A stretch of 64,000 nucleotides of DNA from an uncultured Hymenobacter sp. (GCA_964277755.1 CAXYJY010000043.1:14237-78236), one strand, 5' to 3'. Shown: positions 10,431 through 19,862, numbered from the stretch's first letter. Numbers and translations are program-made. The notes: a model not told the origin generated them from the sequence alone.

Positions 10431-11996
10431 ATGACCAGAACGCTACTCGCCGGCTACCTGCTGCTGGCCGCGCTACTCGGCACCGGGCCGCTGGCCCAGG
10501 CCCAGAACGTGGGCATCGGCACCAGCGCGCCTACCCAGGCGCTGGACGTGAACGGGCAGGCGCGGGTGCGCGGCCTGGCCGGCGACGCGGCCGGCCGCCT
10601 GCTGGGTTTGGCCGCCGATGGCACCCTGCAAGCCCAGCCGCCCGCCTTCAGCGCGGCAGCGCCGGCGGCCTTCGCGCAGCCCACCGGGCAGGCGGCGGTA
10701 GCTACCAGCGGCGCGCCGGTAGGGGTGGTGGTAAACGCGGCCGGCACCCGCGCCTTTGCCATCAACAATGGCGGAAACGCGCTGGAAACGTTTGACTTGA
10801 CCGGCGCAGGTCCGCCCCGCAAGATTGGTAGCCTGGCGCTAAACTATTACGGCCCGCAGGCGCTGAAACTAAATGCAGCCAGCACCCGGCTCTACGTTTT
10901 GCTAGATGTGGTGCTGTACACGTTCGACGTTAGCAGCGGCTTGCCGGTGCAGCTGGCGACCACCACCGTGGGCGCTACCGCGAGGGATATAGCATTGGAC
11001 GCAGCGGCCACTACCGCGTATGTACTGTCCGGCGGCCTTTTCTTTCTGAGCATTCCCTTGACTAGCAACGGCGTGCCGAGTAGTGCGCCGGGTAGCTACG
11101 TCTTTCTGAGCACGCCCCCCAATGGCACGATGTACAAGCTGGCGATGAACGCGGCGGGCACCCGCGCCTACATGCTGGTAGTCGGGGTGCGACCGGGACC
11201 TAATCAACTGTATCAATACAATATAAGCAGTGCCGGCTCCGCCACGATTGCGGGCAGCGTGCCGGTGAGCGGCCAGCCCGAGGCGCTGGTGCTGAATGCG
11301 GCCGGCACCCGCGCCTACGTCGTGAGCTCGGGTAGCAACACCCTGCAAACCTTCGACCTTGGCGGCGCAGGCCTGCCCACCAGCCTGGGCACCGTGCCCA
11401 CCGGCCAGAGCCCCGCCGCCGTGGCCCTGGACGCGGCCGGCACCCGCCTCTACGTGCCCAACACCGGCGATAATACCTTGCAGACCTACGACCTTGTCAT
11501 GGGCTTGCCCGTGTCCCGCGCCGTCAGCCCCACGGGCAGCGCGCCGCGGGCCGTGGCCACCGCGCCCACCGGCACGCAGCTCTACGTAGCCAACAGCGGC
11601 GATAATACGCTCCAGATTTTCGACCAGCAAAACCAGCCCCGGCCGCTGGCCGTGGGTGCCACCGGCGCGGCGGGCAGCCTGGGCGCGGGGGCACTGCCGG
11701 GGGTGGGGCGGCTGCCCGCCGCCTACGGCACGGTGAGCAGCGGCGGCGCGGCGGCCGGGTCGGGCGGGGCCTTCTCGGTAACGCATTCAACCACGGGCGT
11801 GTACCGGCTCAGCTTCACCGATAATCCGCTCAGCACTACCGACCTCAATCAGGCGGCGGTAGTGGCCACGCTGGCCAGCGCCGCGCCGGGCAGCGTGAGC
11901 TACCGCACCGGCCGCGGCTACGTGGAAGTGCTCACCTACGCGCCGGGCGGCGCGGCCACTGACCGCGATTTCACCTTCAGCGTGACGATACCCTAG
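10431..11996 (+). CDS. Secreted 7-bladed beta-propeller protein, paralog 3
   Basis: Same architecture; ends DRDFTFSVTIP; blades 2-4 more divergent. Confidence 0.85.
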   Translation: MTRTLLAGYLLLAALLGTGPLAQAQNVGIGTSAPTQALDVNGQARVRGLAGDAAGRLLGLAADGTLQAQPPAFSAAAPAAFAQPTGQAAVATSGAPVGVVVNAAGTRAFAINNGGNALETFDLTGAGPPRKIGSLALNYYGPQALKLNAASTRLYVLLDVVLYTFDVSSGLPVQLATTTVGATARDIALDAAATTAYVLSGGLFFLSIPLTSNGVPSSAPGSYVFLSTPPNGTMYKLAMNAAGTRAYMLVVGVRPGPNQLYQYNISSAGSATIAGSVPVSGQPEALVLNAAGTRAYVVSSGSNTLQTFDLGGAGLPTSLGTVPTGQSPAAVALDAAGTRLYVPNTGDNTLQTYDLVMGLPVSRAVSPTGSAPRAVATAPTGTQLYVANSGDNTLQIFDQQNQPRPLAVGATGAAGSLGAGALPGVGRLPAAYGTVSSGGAAAGSGGAFSVTHSTTGVYRLSFTDNPLSTTDLNQAAVVATLASAAPGSVSYRTGRGYVEVLTYAPGGAATDRDFTFSVTIP

Positions 11997-12073
11997 CTTT
12001 TGCGGCGGCCAGAAACCCGTCTTTTTCGCATTTGGCGGCCCTGGCGGCCGGCCTTTTTTTCTGCCTGAATTTT

Positions 12074-13603
12074 ATGCGTAACCTACTACTCGCTACTCTG
12101 CTAACGGCCACGCTGCTCGGCGCGGGCCAGGTGGCCCCGGCTCAGAATGTGGGCATCGGCACCAGCGCGCCCACCCAGACGCTGGACATCAACGGCAACC
12201 TGCGCGTGCAGGGCCTGGCGGGCAGCGGCCCGCACCTGCTAAGTACCACCGCCGATGGCACTTTGCAAGTGCAGCCGCCGCTACTCGGGGCCACCCTCAC
12301 GGCCGCTACTGCGCCCCTGAGTCTGGGTACCGTGCCCACCGGCAATGCGCCCGCCGCCCTGGCGTTGAACCCAGCCGGCACCCGCGCCTACGTGCTCAAT
12401 TCGTCGGATAATACCCTGCAAGTGTACGACCTGAGCAGCGGCGCGCTGCCCGTGAGTATGGGTACCGTGGGCACCAGCCCGTCGCCCTCGGCCCTGGCGG
12501 TGAACGCGGCCGGCACCCGCGCCTACGTCATCAACAACGACCAGACCGGCAAGCTCGATGTGTATGACATCAGCCGGGCGGGCCTGCCCACCAGCCTGGG
12601 CACCGTGGGGGCCAGCGCCTACGCCACGGGGCTGGCGCTGAACGCGGCCGGCACCCGCGCCTACGTAGGAACCAACGCGGCAGCGGTGCAGGTGTTCGAC
12701 CTCAGCGGTACGGGTCTGCCGGCTTTGCTGGGCAGCACGGCGGCGGGCGGCACGCCGCGCGCGCTGGCCACCAATCCGCTCGCCGACCGCCTGTACGTGG
12801 TTACCAGCGCCAATACCTTGCAGACCTACAGCACCAGCCCCGGCGTGCCCACCAGCCTGGGCACCGTGGCCACCGGCCAGAGCCCCGCCGCCGTGGCCGT
12901 AAACGCGGCCGGCACCCGCGCCTACGTGCTGAGCGCCACCGATGCCAGCCTGCGCGCCTACGACCTGAGCGGCGGCAGCGTGCCCACGCTGCTGGGCACG
13001 GCCACTACCGACGCCGCGCCCTCGGCCGTGGCCGTGTACCCGGCCGGCGGCCGGGTGCTGGTAGTGCATAATAGCCTCGTCGGGGCCACGCTGCGCAGCT
13101 ACGACGTGAGCGGCAGCACGCCCGCCAGCCTGGGCAGCGTGGCGCTGGCTGGCCTGTCGCGCGCGGTGGCCGTGAATGCCGCCGGCACCCGCGCCTACGC
13201 ACTGGCCGGCAATGCCTTGCAAACCTTCGACCTCGGCGGCGGGCCGCGGGTGGCGGTGGTCAATGCCGATGGCTCGCTAGGCAGCCTCGACCCCGCCCAG
13301 CTGCCCGGCTACGGGCGGCGGCCGGTGGCGCTGGGCTCGGTGGGCAGCGCGGGCACGCTCTACGCCACTACCGGCAACTATGCCGTGGCGCGCCAGAGCA
13401 CCGGCAGCTACCGCCTCACCTTTTCGCCCGCCAGCGGGCTGAGCACCCAGGATTTGACTACTGCCACCGTGGCAGCTACCCTCTTCAACTCGCCCGGCCT
13501 AGTAAGCTGCCGCCCCAATACGGGCTACGTGGAAATTTTCACCTATGACCCCACTGGCACGGCCGCCGACCGGGGCTTCAGCTTCAGCCTGACGCTGCCG
13601 TAG
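12074..13603 (+). CDS. Secreted 7-bladed beta-propeller protein, paralog 4
   Basis: Same architecture; AQNVGIGTSAPTQTLDING, ends DRGFSFSLTLP. Confidence 0.85.
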   Translation: MRNLLLATLLTATLLGAGQVAPAQNVGIGTSAPTQTLDINGNLRVQGLAGSGPHLLSTTADGTLQVQPPLLGATLTAATAPLSLGTVPTGNAPAALALNPAGTRAYVLNSSDNTLQVYDLSSGALPVSMGTVGTSPSPSALAVNAAGTRAYVINNDQTGKLDVYDISRAGLPTSLGTVGASAYATGLALNAAGTRAYVGTNAAAVQVFDLSGTGLPALLGSTAAGGTPRALATNPLADRLYVVTSANTLQTYSTSPGVPTSLGTVATGQSPAAVAVNAAGTRAYVLSATDASLRAYDLSGGSVPTLLGTATTDAAPSAVAVYPAGGRVLVVHNSLVGATLRSYDVSGSTPASLGSVALAGLSRAVAVNAAGTRAYALAGNALQTFDLGGGPRVAVVNADGSLGSLDPAQLPGYGRRPVALGSVGSAGTLYATTGNYAVARQSTGSYRLTFSPASGLSTQDLTTATVAATLFNSPGLVSCRPNTGYVEIFTYDPTGTAADRGFSFSLTLP

Positions 13604-13644
13604 GGCGGGACGGCATCAGTTTTCTTCTGGCAAAAATTATCGCT

Positions 13645-15162
13645 ATGAAACAGCTCTTTACCCCTGGCCGGCTGACGCAACGCCATTTGCATCAGTCCCT
13701 GGCCCTGCTGCTAGCCCTGCTGGCCGCCCCGGCCGCCGCCCAGACCCTGACGGCCACCAGCGGCACCGCCCTCACGGTGCAGAGCGGGGCGGTGCTCTAC
13801 GTAGAGGGCGGCCTGCAAACCGCCACCGGCGCTACCCTCACCAACGCCGGCACCGTGCAGCTCACCGGCGATTTTACCAACGCTGGCACGCTGGCCTCGG
13901 CGGGCACGCTGCTCTTTGGCGGCAGCCAGGACCAGACATTTGCGCCCGGCACGGCCAGCGTGGCCCACCTCACCGTGGCCAATACCGGCACGGCGGGCAG
14001 CAATCGCCTCTTCGTCTCCGCCGACCTCACGGTAAATAATGTGCTGACGCTGAGCCAGGGCCTGCTGCGCACCCAGGGCAGCGCGGGTGGCCCAGTGTTT
14101 ACGCTGGCGCTGCCCGTGGGCGGGCAGGTGGCGGGCGAGGCCCCCGGCCGCTACGTGCAGGGCCGCCTGCAAGTAGCACGCACGGCCGTGAGTGGTACCA
14201 ATATGTTCGATTTCTACAGCGGCCTGACCCTAAACCCCAACGGCCAGAACCTGGGCGGCGTGACCGTGACCCGCACCGCCGGCCTACAACAAGCTGGCAC
14301 GAGCTACGGCCAAAACGGCACCAATAAAGGCATCGACCGGGTGTGGCAGGTAGTGACGGAATTGCCCCTTAACCCGGCCAATCCCGCCGCCGTGGCCCTG
14401 AGCTGGGTCAGCGACAACGACAACGGCCTGAACCCCGCCGCGCCCGCCCAGCTCTGGCGGGCCGACCAGGCCAGCGGCCCCTGGGTGGCGCAGGGCGCGC
14501 CGGCTACCCCCGGCAGCAGCGCGGGCATCCGCACGCTGGCGGGCAGCGTGGCGCAGTTGGGCACGCTCACCGTGAGCGGCGTCAGCGCGCCGCTGCCGGT
14601 AACGCTTACCAGCTTCACGGCCAAGCCGCTGGGGGCGGATGCGCTTTTGAAATGGACGACCGCCTCGGAGCGCAACAACGACCACTTCGAGGTAGAAGCC
14701 AGCGCCGACGGGCAGCAGTTTCAGCGCATTGGCACGGTGGCCGGGCACGGTACTACCGCCCAAACCCACAGCTACCAGCTCACCGACCCGGCCATTGCCC
14801 GCTACGCCGCCGACCCGGTGTACTACCGCCTGCGCCAGGTAGACCTCGACGGCACCGCCAGCTACTCGCCGGTGCGCGCCGTGCGGGTGGCTGGCCTGGC
14901 TGATTTTGCCGCCCAGCTCTATCCTAATCCCGCCCGCGGCGGCGAAGTATCCAGCCTGCTCATTCGCACCACCGCGCCCGGCCTCGCCCGTTGGGAATTG
15001 CTCGATGCCCTCGGCCGCACCCTGGCCCGCCAGGAAACGGTGCTGGCCGCCGGGGCCACCACGCTGCCACTGGCGGCAGCTGGGGCGCTGGCTACCGGCG
15101 TGTACGTGGTGCGCATGCAGCAGGGCACGCAGCATAGCACGTTGAAGCTGGTGAAGGAGTAG
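13645..15162 (+). CDS. T9SS type A sorting-domain surface protein (adhesin-like)
   Basis: Signal peptide; LPVTLTSFTAK...WTTASERNNDHFEVE Ig-like module; LYPNP...LATGVYVVR...KLVKE CTD. Confidence 0.88.
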   Translation: MKQLFTPGRLTQRHLHQSLALLLALLAAPAAAQTLTATSGTALTVQSGAVLYVEGGLQTATGATLTNAGTVQLTGDFTNAGTLASAGTLLFGGSQDQTFAPGTASVAHLTVANTGTAGSNRLFVSADLTVNNVLTLSQGLLRTQGSAGGPVFTLALPVGGQVAGEAPGRYVQGRLQVARTAVSGTNMFDFYSGLTLNPNGQNLGGVTVTRTAGLQQAGTSYGQNGTNKGIDRVWQVVTELPLNPANPAAVALSWVSDNDNGLNPAAPAQLWRADQASGPWVAQGAPATPGSSAGIRTLAGSVAQLGTLTVSGVSAPLPVTLTSFTAKPLGADALLKWTTASERNNDHFEVEASADGQQFQRIGTVAGHGTTAQTHSYQLTDPAIARYAADPVYYRLRQVDLDGTASYSPVRAVRVAGLADFAAQLYPNPARGGEVSSLLIRTTAPGLARWELLDALGRTLARQETVLAAGATTLPLAAAGALATGVYVVRMQQGTQHSTLKLVKE

Positions 15163-15173
15163 GCGCGCCCTGA

Positions 15174-15377
15174 CGCGGGTAACCTCACGAGACCCCTATG
15201 GGGCTGGCCCCCTCTCCCGTGGAGAGGGGGAGCCAGACATTCATTTTTTAAATAAAGAAGGCCAGCAGCAGCGCTCCCGGCCTTCTTTATTTACTTGTCT
15301 GTCGTTTACTAGCGGTCGGCTCCCCCTCTCCACGGGAGAGGGGCCAGCCCCATAGGGGTCTCGTGAGGTTACCCGCG
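15174..15377. repeat. Long nested inverted repeat (MITE/REPIN-like, CCCCTCTCC type) between convergent genes
   Basis: About 60-bp arms CGCGGGTAACCTCACGAGACCCCTATGGGGCTGGCCCC... with internal hairpin AATAAAGAAGGCC/GGCCTTCTTTATT. Confidence 0.9.
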
Positions 15378-15378
15378 C

Positions 15379-16944
15379 CTACTGCACCAGCAATTTGCCC
15401 ACGCGCACGCGCCCCCCAGCCTCCAGCTGCACCAGGTACAAGCCCGCCGCCAGCTCTTGCAGCGGCAGCGGTACCTGGCGCGGGCCGGCCGGCTGCGCCT
15501 GATTAGTAAGCACGCGCACCAAGCGGCCGTTCTGGTCGAGCAGGCGCAAGCTCACGGGGCCAGCTTTTTCAAGGGTGAAGCTGGCGGTGGCGGAACCTAG
15601 CTCGGCGGGGTTGGGATGGAGGAGAAAGTCGTCGTCGGCCGCCGTGCTCACGGGCACTACGGCGCGGGTGGCCAGCGCCACGCTCTCATCGCCAGGCAGG
15701 TAGGGTACGATGTCGAAGTAGCCGAGCAGCATCTCGTCGGTGGTGTTTTCGCCCCACTGCACCTGCTGGGGTGGCGAGTTGGGCTGGCGCGGGTTGCTGG
15801 CGGTGTTGTCGTAGGTTACGTCGGCTTCGAGGCGGGCGCCGGCCGGTATTTTCTGCATGTTCAGGAAGCGGTAGTTGCCCTGCCAGCGGAAATTCCAGGA
15901 GTCGATTTTGGCCAGCTTGATGGTATCGCCGTTGGGCTTCACAGCCCAGATTTTCCACTTCTTGGCCAGCAAGTGCGAGTGCGGCAGCACCGAGAGCACG
16001 CTCACATTCTGCGGCACCGTCAGGCTGAAATGGAAGGTCTTGACCTGGTTGGCCGGAATCACGAACGGGCCGTTGGCGAGGCCGCTCCAGGGCTGGATGG
16101 CGGGCAGCGTCTGCACGTAGCGCGCCACCGGCTGGCGGCTGTAGAAGATGTTGAGCACCGACGAATCGGTCTGGGCCACGCTGGTGGGGCCATAGTGCAC
16201 CTGCACCAGCAGGCGGGCGTTTTTATAGAGCTTTTTGCCCAGACCGGTGGGGTAGAAGCGCGCCTGAGCGCCCGGCACCCAGCCCGCGAAGTTGTCCTCG
16301 ACGGTGGTAAAGCCGAAGCCGCCGAAGCTAGTGTAGCCGTAGCCGGGCGAAGCCGCGTCGAGCGCCGCGCCCTGGTTGGTGGTGTCGATGCCAATGATGG
16401 AATGGTGCACCAGGCTCTTGTTGCCGGGCCGGAACTCAATGGCCGACACGTCCTTATTGGCGGGCAGGGTCACGGGTAGCACAAAGACGCGGTACAAATC
16501 CTGGTTGTTGCCGGGGATGGTAAATTTCTGCGCCATCGGCACTACCAGGTCGGGCGTGCCGAGCTGCGAGCCGCTCGGGAAGGTGGGCACGGGCGGGGCC
16601 AGCGCGGGGTTGCCCTGCGGCATCCCGCCATCAACCCAATTCTTGATAAGCATGACCTCGGCGGTGCTCAGTACGTTCTCGTCGAGGTAGTGGCGGTAGT
16701 TGGGGTCGGGCTTCCAAGGTGGCATGTAGCCCGAGCCCGTCACGGCCTTGATAGTGAGGCCCCGGCTGGCTACGTCGGAGTAACTCAGCAGCGAAAACGG
16801 CGCTACCTCGCCTGGCCGGTGGCAGCGCGCGCAGTGGTTGTAGATGAGTGGCGCGATGTGCTCGCTGAAGTTGGGCGTGGTCTGGGCACGGCCGGGCAGG
16901 ACCAGGGCCAGCACCGCCAGCAGGAAGAATACTTGTTTCAGCAT
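15379..16944 (-). CDS. T9SS-secreted copper type II (PHM/DBH-like) monooxygenase-domain protein with monoheme cytochrome c motif
   Basis: CARCH motif; LVHHS, QVHYG, LPHSHL, TDEML copper-ligand pattern; LHPNP...GLYLV...KLLVQ CTD. Confidence 0.82.
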   Translation of the reverse strand: MLKQVFFLLAVLALVLPGRAQTTPNFSEHIAPLIYNHCARCHRPGEVAPFSLLSYSDVASRGLTIKAVTGSGYMPPWKPDPNYRHYLDENVLSTAEVMLIKNWVDGGMPQGNPALAPPVPTFPSGSQLGTPDLVVPMAQKFTIPGNNQDLYRVFVLPVTLPANKDVSAIEFRPGNKSLVHHSIIGIDTTNQGAALDAASPGYGYTSFGGFGFTTVEDNFAGWVPGAQARFYPTGLGKKLYKNARLLVQVHYGPTSVAQTDSSVLNIFYSRQPVARYVQTLPAIQPWSGLANGPFVIPANQVKTFHFSLTVPQNVSVLSVLPHSHLLAKKWKIWAVKPNGDTIKLAKIDSWNFRWQGNYRFLNMQKIPAGARLEADVTYDNTASNPRQPNSPPQQVQWGENTTDEMLLGYFDIVPYLPGDESVALATRAVVPVSTAADDDFLLHPNPAELGSATASFTLEKAGPVSLRLLDQNGRLVRVLTNQAQPAGPRQVPLPLQELAAGLYLVQLEAGGRVRVGKLLVQ

Positions 16945-16985
16945 AGCGTAAGTAACAGGTTTCGAGCTAATATATAAACGTGGCG

Positions 16986-17516
16986 TTACTTCTCAATAAA
17001 GCACCCCACCGGCTCGGTGCGCGGCACGGCCACCGGCCGGCCGGCCGCCAGGTCGGCCAGCGCCTCGGCCAGCTCGTGGTGCTGGCTCACGGTGCGGCGC
17101 TCGCCCAATGCGGCGTACCTATCATCGAGCCGGCCCTGGTATAAAATCCGGCCATCGGCCGCCATTACCAGCGCCTCGGGGGTAGCAGTGGCCTTGAAGC
17201 GGCGCGTGAGCTTTTGCTTGGGGTCGAGCTGCAAGGCAAACGGCACTGCGTACTTATTCTTAAACCCGGCCACCGACGCCGCCGTGGCCGTGCCGCCCGG
17301 GAACACGCCCACGAAGCGCACGCCCCGCGCCGCGTAGCGGGCGTGTAGCTCGCGCAAGGGCAGCGTGGCCTGCTGGCTGATGGGGCAGCTTTCGGCCAGA
17401 AATACGTACACCGTAAACGGCAGCTGCCGGCCGGGCGCGGGCGGCGAGCCCGCCCGGCCCACCTGCCCGCGCCCAACCAGCAGCGTAGTCAGGAACAAGA
17501 GTAAGAAATACTTCAT
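16986..17516 (-). CDS. Redoxin/thioredoxin-like periplasmic protein
   Basis: FLAESCPIS, ATATPEA, YQGRLDD, TEPVGCFI motifs; signal peptide. Confidence 0.85.
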   Translation of the reverse strand: MKYFLLLFLTTLLVGRGQVGRAGSPPAPGRQLPFTVYVFLAESCPISQQATLPLRELHARYAARGVRFVGVFPGGTATAASVAGFKNKYAVPFALQLDPKQKLTRRFKATATPEALVMAADGRILYQGRLDDRYAALGERRTVSQHHELAEALADLAAGRPVAVPRTEPVGCFIEK

Positions 17517-17603
17517 TGGCGGGCACCAAGCTACGATAAGTAGGTCAGTGACAGCCCAGACACGGCCGCCCGGCCCGAAGTTCCGGCCCGGCCGCCTCGC
17601 CGC

Positions 17604-18536
17604 TTACTTGAAGCTCGGGATGCGGAACTGCACGCCCAGCGATGGAATGAACGTGGCACCGCTGAACGAGGTAGTGCTGCCATCGACCAGCGTGAAGGTG
17701 CCGTAGTTCTGGTAGTAGAAGCTGAGGGCGGGCACGAAATACACGTATTTGTAGCCGATTTTGGCGTTCAGAAACAGGCCGTAGGACGAAAAGCTATTGC
17801 TTTGGCTGGGTAGCTCGGGCAGCACAGCCGTGCCGGCGCGGTTGTAGAGGTTATTGGGCCGAAAGCCGTAGCTCACCCACGAGTGGGCGTACACCGCACC
17901 GTAGCTGATGGCCCCGATGCTCTCCTCCGCGCCCAGCGACTGGCTGATGGTGAGCGGAATCACTAAGTCCTGGCGGGTGGCCGAAAGGCCCAGCAGATTG
18001 TTGAGGTCGCCGAGGAAGGCGATTTTGGGCAGGCCCGCGCGCTGAATGGCATATTGCAGCCCGATGCTGGCGTAGGTGGTGCCGCCGGTAGCGCCGCGCT
18101 CGGGGTTTTCGACCGAGCCGGTGGGGCCGAGCAGCTGGTAGGCCGCGTCGAACACGTGCGAGCCGAAGGCGTACTTGTAGCCCGCGTCGAGGCGCGGCAC
18201 GATGCCGTAGCGGATGCTGAAGTCGGAGGCCGGCTGCACCGGGTCGACGAGGTAGGCAAGGGCGGCGGTTTGCACCTGGCTCACGGCGTCAGAGTAGTTC
18301 ACCTTCTGGCCTTCTTCGGCCTGGGTGCCGAGCCTGCTGGCGGCCTCTTTTACGGCCGCGCCGGCCTTGGCGAGCGGCGCGGTGGCTACGTTGAAGCTCT
18401 GGTTATAGGCTACCCGAAACTCGCCCTGGGGCGTCACTTTGCCCGAAGTCGTGATGTTGCGCGGGGCCGTACAGGCGGCCATGGTGGCGAGAAGCGAAAG
18501 GGCGGCGAGGCGCGCGGCAGTAGAGTAGGTAGGCAT
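17604..18536 (-). CDS. Hypothetical lipoprotein / outer-membrane protein
   Basis: Lipobox-like LATMAAC; aromatic beta-strand-rich C-terminus. Confidence 0.7.
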   Translation of the reverse strand: MPTYSTAARLAALSLLATMAACTAPRNITTSGKVTPQGEFRVAYNQSFNVATAPLAKAGAAVKEAASRLGTQAEEGQKVNYSDAVSQVQTAALAYLVDPVQPASDFSIRYGIVPRLDAGYKYAFGSHVFDAAYQLLGPTGSVENPERGATGGTTYASIGLQYAIQRAGLPKIAFLGDLNNLLGLSATRQDLVIPLTISQSLGAEESIGAISYGAVYAHSWVSYGFRPNNLYNRAGTAVLPELPSQSNSFSSYGLFLNAKIGYKYVYFVPALSFYYQNYGTFTLVDGSTTSFSGATFIPSLGVQFRIPSFK

Positions 18537-18552
18537 AAACGATAAAAGGTAA

Positions 18553-18627
18553 TGTAGCGCAAGCTTTAGCTTGCGAACGGGCGACGGGTCCACCCAAACG
18601 AACCCGCAAGCTAAAGCTTACGCTACA
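18553..18627. repeat. GTAG-type REP doublet
   Basis: TGTAG-CGCAAGCT-TT-AGCTTGCG and inverted CGCAAGCTAAAGCTTACGCTACA. Confidence 0.85.
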
Positions 18628-18713
18628 CTCCGCGCCAAAACTAAAACCGGGCCAATGCCGCTATAAGCGCCCCAAAAACCCGTATTGCCCACCGCATTCC
18701 GGGCCTGCGGCCG

Positions 18714-18721
18714 TATCTTTG
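18714..18721 (+). promoter_or_regulatory. -7 promoter element TATCTTTG for FNR-ferredoxin operon
   Basis: Matches TAnnTTTG 30 nt upstream of ATG 18752. Confidence 0.65.
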
Positions 18722-18751
18722 TACTCATTCTAAATACTTAAATTTCCCGTA

Positions 18752-19771
18752 ATGCCCGAGATTGTTTCGACGGATATCTGCATCATCGGCGCTGGCCCCG
18801 TGGGCTTGTTTGCCGTGTTTGAAGCTGGCCTACTGAAGCTGCGCTGCCACGTGGTAGACGCCCTGCCGCAGCCCGGCGGCCAGCTCACCGAAATCTACCC
18901 CAAGAAGCCGATTTACGACATTCCGGGCTTCCCGGAGGTGCTGGCCGGTGACCTGGTCGACAACCTGATGAAGCAAATCGAGCCTTTCCACCCCACCTTC
19001 ACCCTGGGCGAGCGTGTCGAGCGCTTCGCGAAGCTGGAGGACGGTTCGTTTCAACTGTATACCACCGACGGCACCGAGATTCAGTGCAAGGCGGTGGCCA
19101 TCGCGGGTGGCCTGGGCTCATTCGAGCCGCGCAAGCCGGCCGTGGAAAATCTGGAGCGCTTTGAGGGCGGCAAAGGCGTGCATTACATGGTGCGCGACCC
19201 CGAGCACTTCCGCGACAAGAAAATTGTGATTGCGGGCGGCGGCGACTCGGCCCTCGACTGGACCAACTTCCTGGCCAACGTGGCTTCGGACGTGACGCTC
19301 GTGCACCGCGGCACTACCTTCCGCGGGGCCGCCGACTCGGCCGAGAAAGTGCAGAAGCTGCACGAAGCCGGCCGCATCAAGCTCGTGCTTAGCTCCAACG
19401 TGACGCACCTGCACGGCGACGACGAGATGCTCCAGCAAGTCACCATCACCGGCAATAACGGCCAGGCCGAAACCGTGCCCGTCGATGCCTTTGTGCCGCT
19501 GTTCGGCCTCACGCCCAAGCTTGGGCCCATCGGCGAGTGGGGCCTGGCCCTCGACAACGACGCGGTGGTAGTAAACACCCTGGACTACAGCACCTCGCTG
19601 CCCGGCGTGTACGCCATCGGCGACATCAACACGTACCCCGGCAAGCTCAAGCTCATCTTGTGCGGCTTCCACGAGGCGGCGCTCATGTGCCAGGGCGCGT
19701 TCAAGTACATTTACCCCGACAAAAAGTACACCCTCAAGTACACCACCGTAAACGGGGCACCGTCCCTTTAA
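18752..19771 (+). CDS. Ferredoxin--NADP(+) reductase (thioredoxin-reductase-like)
   Basis: IIGAGPVG, YPKKPIYD, GGGDSALDW, AIGDI motifs; no CxxC; adjacent ferredoxin. Confidence 0.9.
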   Translation: MPEIVSTDICIIGAGPVGLFAVFEAGLLKLRCHVVDALPQPGGQLTEIYPKKPIYDIPGFPEVLAGDLVDNLMKQIEPFHPTFTLGERVERFAKLEDGSFQLYTTDGTEIQCKAVAIAGGLGSFEPRKPAVENLERFEGGKGVHYMVRDPEHFRDKKIVIAGGGDSALDWTNFLANVASDVTLVHRGTTFRGAADSAEKVQKLHEAGRIKLVLSSNVTHLHGDDEMLQQVTITGNNGQAETVPVDAFVPLFGLTPKLGPIGEWGLALDNDAVVVNTLDYSTSLPGVYAIGDINTYPGKLKLILCGFHEAALMCQGAFKYIYPDKKYTLKYTTVNGAPSL

Positions 19772-19773
19772 GG

Positions 19774-19858
19774 GAGTTGAGAGTTAAGAGTTAAGAGTTA
19801 AGAGTTAGCCAGTTGGCAAATTTTTAACTCTTAACTCTCAACTCTTAACTCTTAACTC
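19774..19858. repeat. (GAGTTAA)n / (TTAACTC)n inverted heptamer hairpin
   Basis: About 5 heptamers in each orientation around a short spacer. Confidence 0.92.
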
Positions 19859-19862
19859 GATT

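Noticed and set aside
7600-13250. Regularly spaced GGCCGGCACCCGCGCCTACG repeats resembling a CRISPR array
   Set aside because: In-frame propeller-blade codons about 120-135 nt apart inside ORFs; no cas genes or leader
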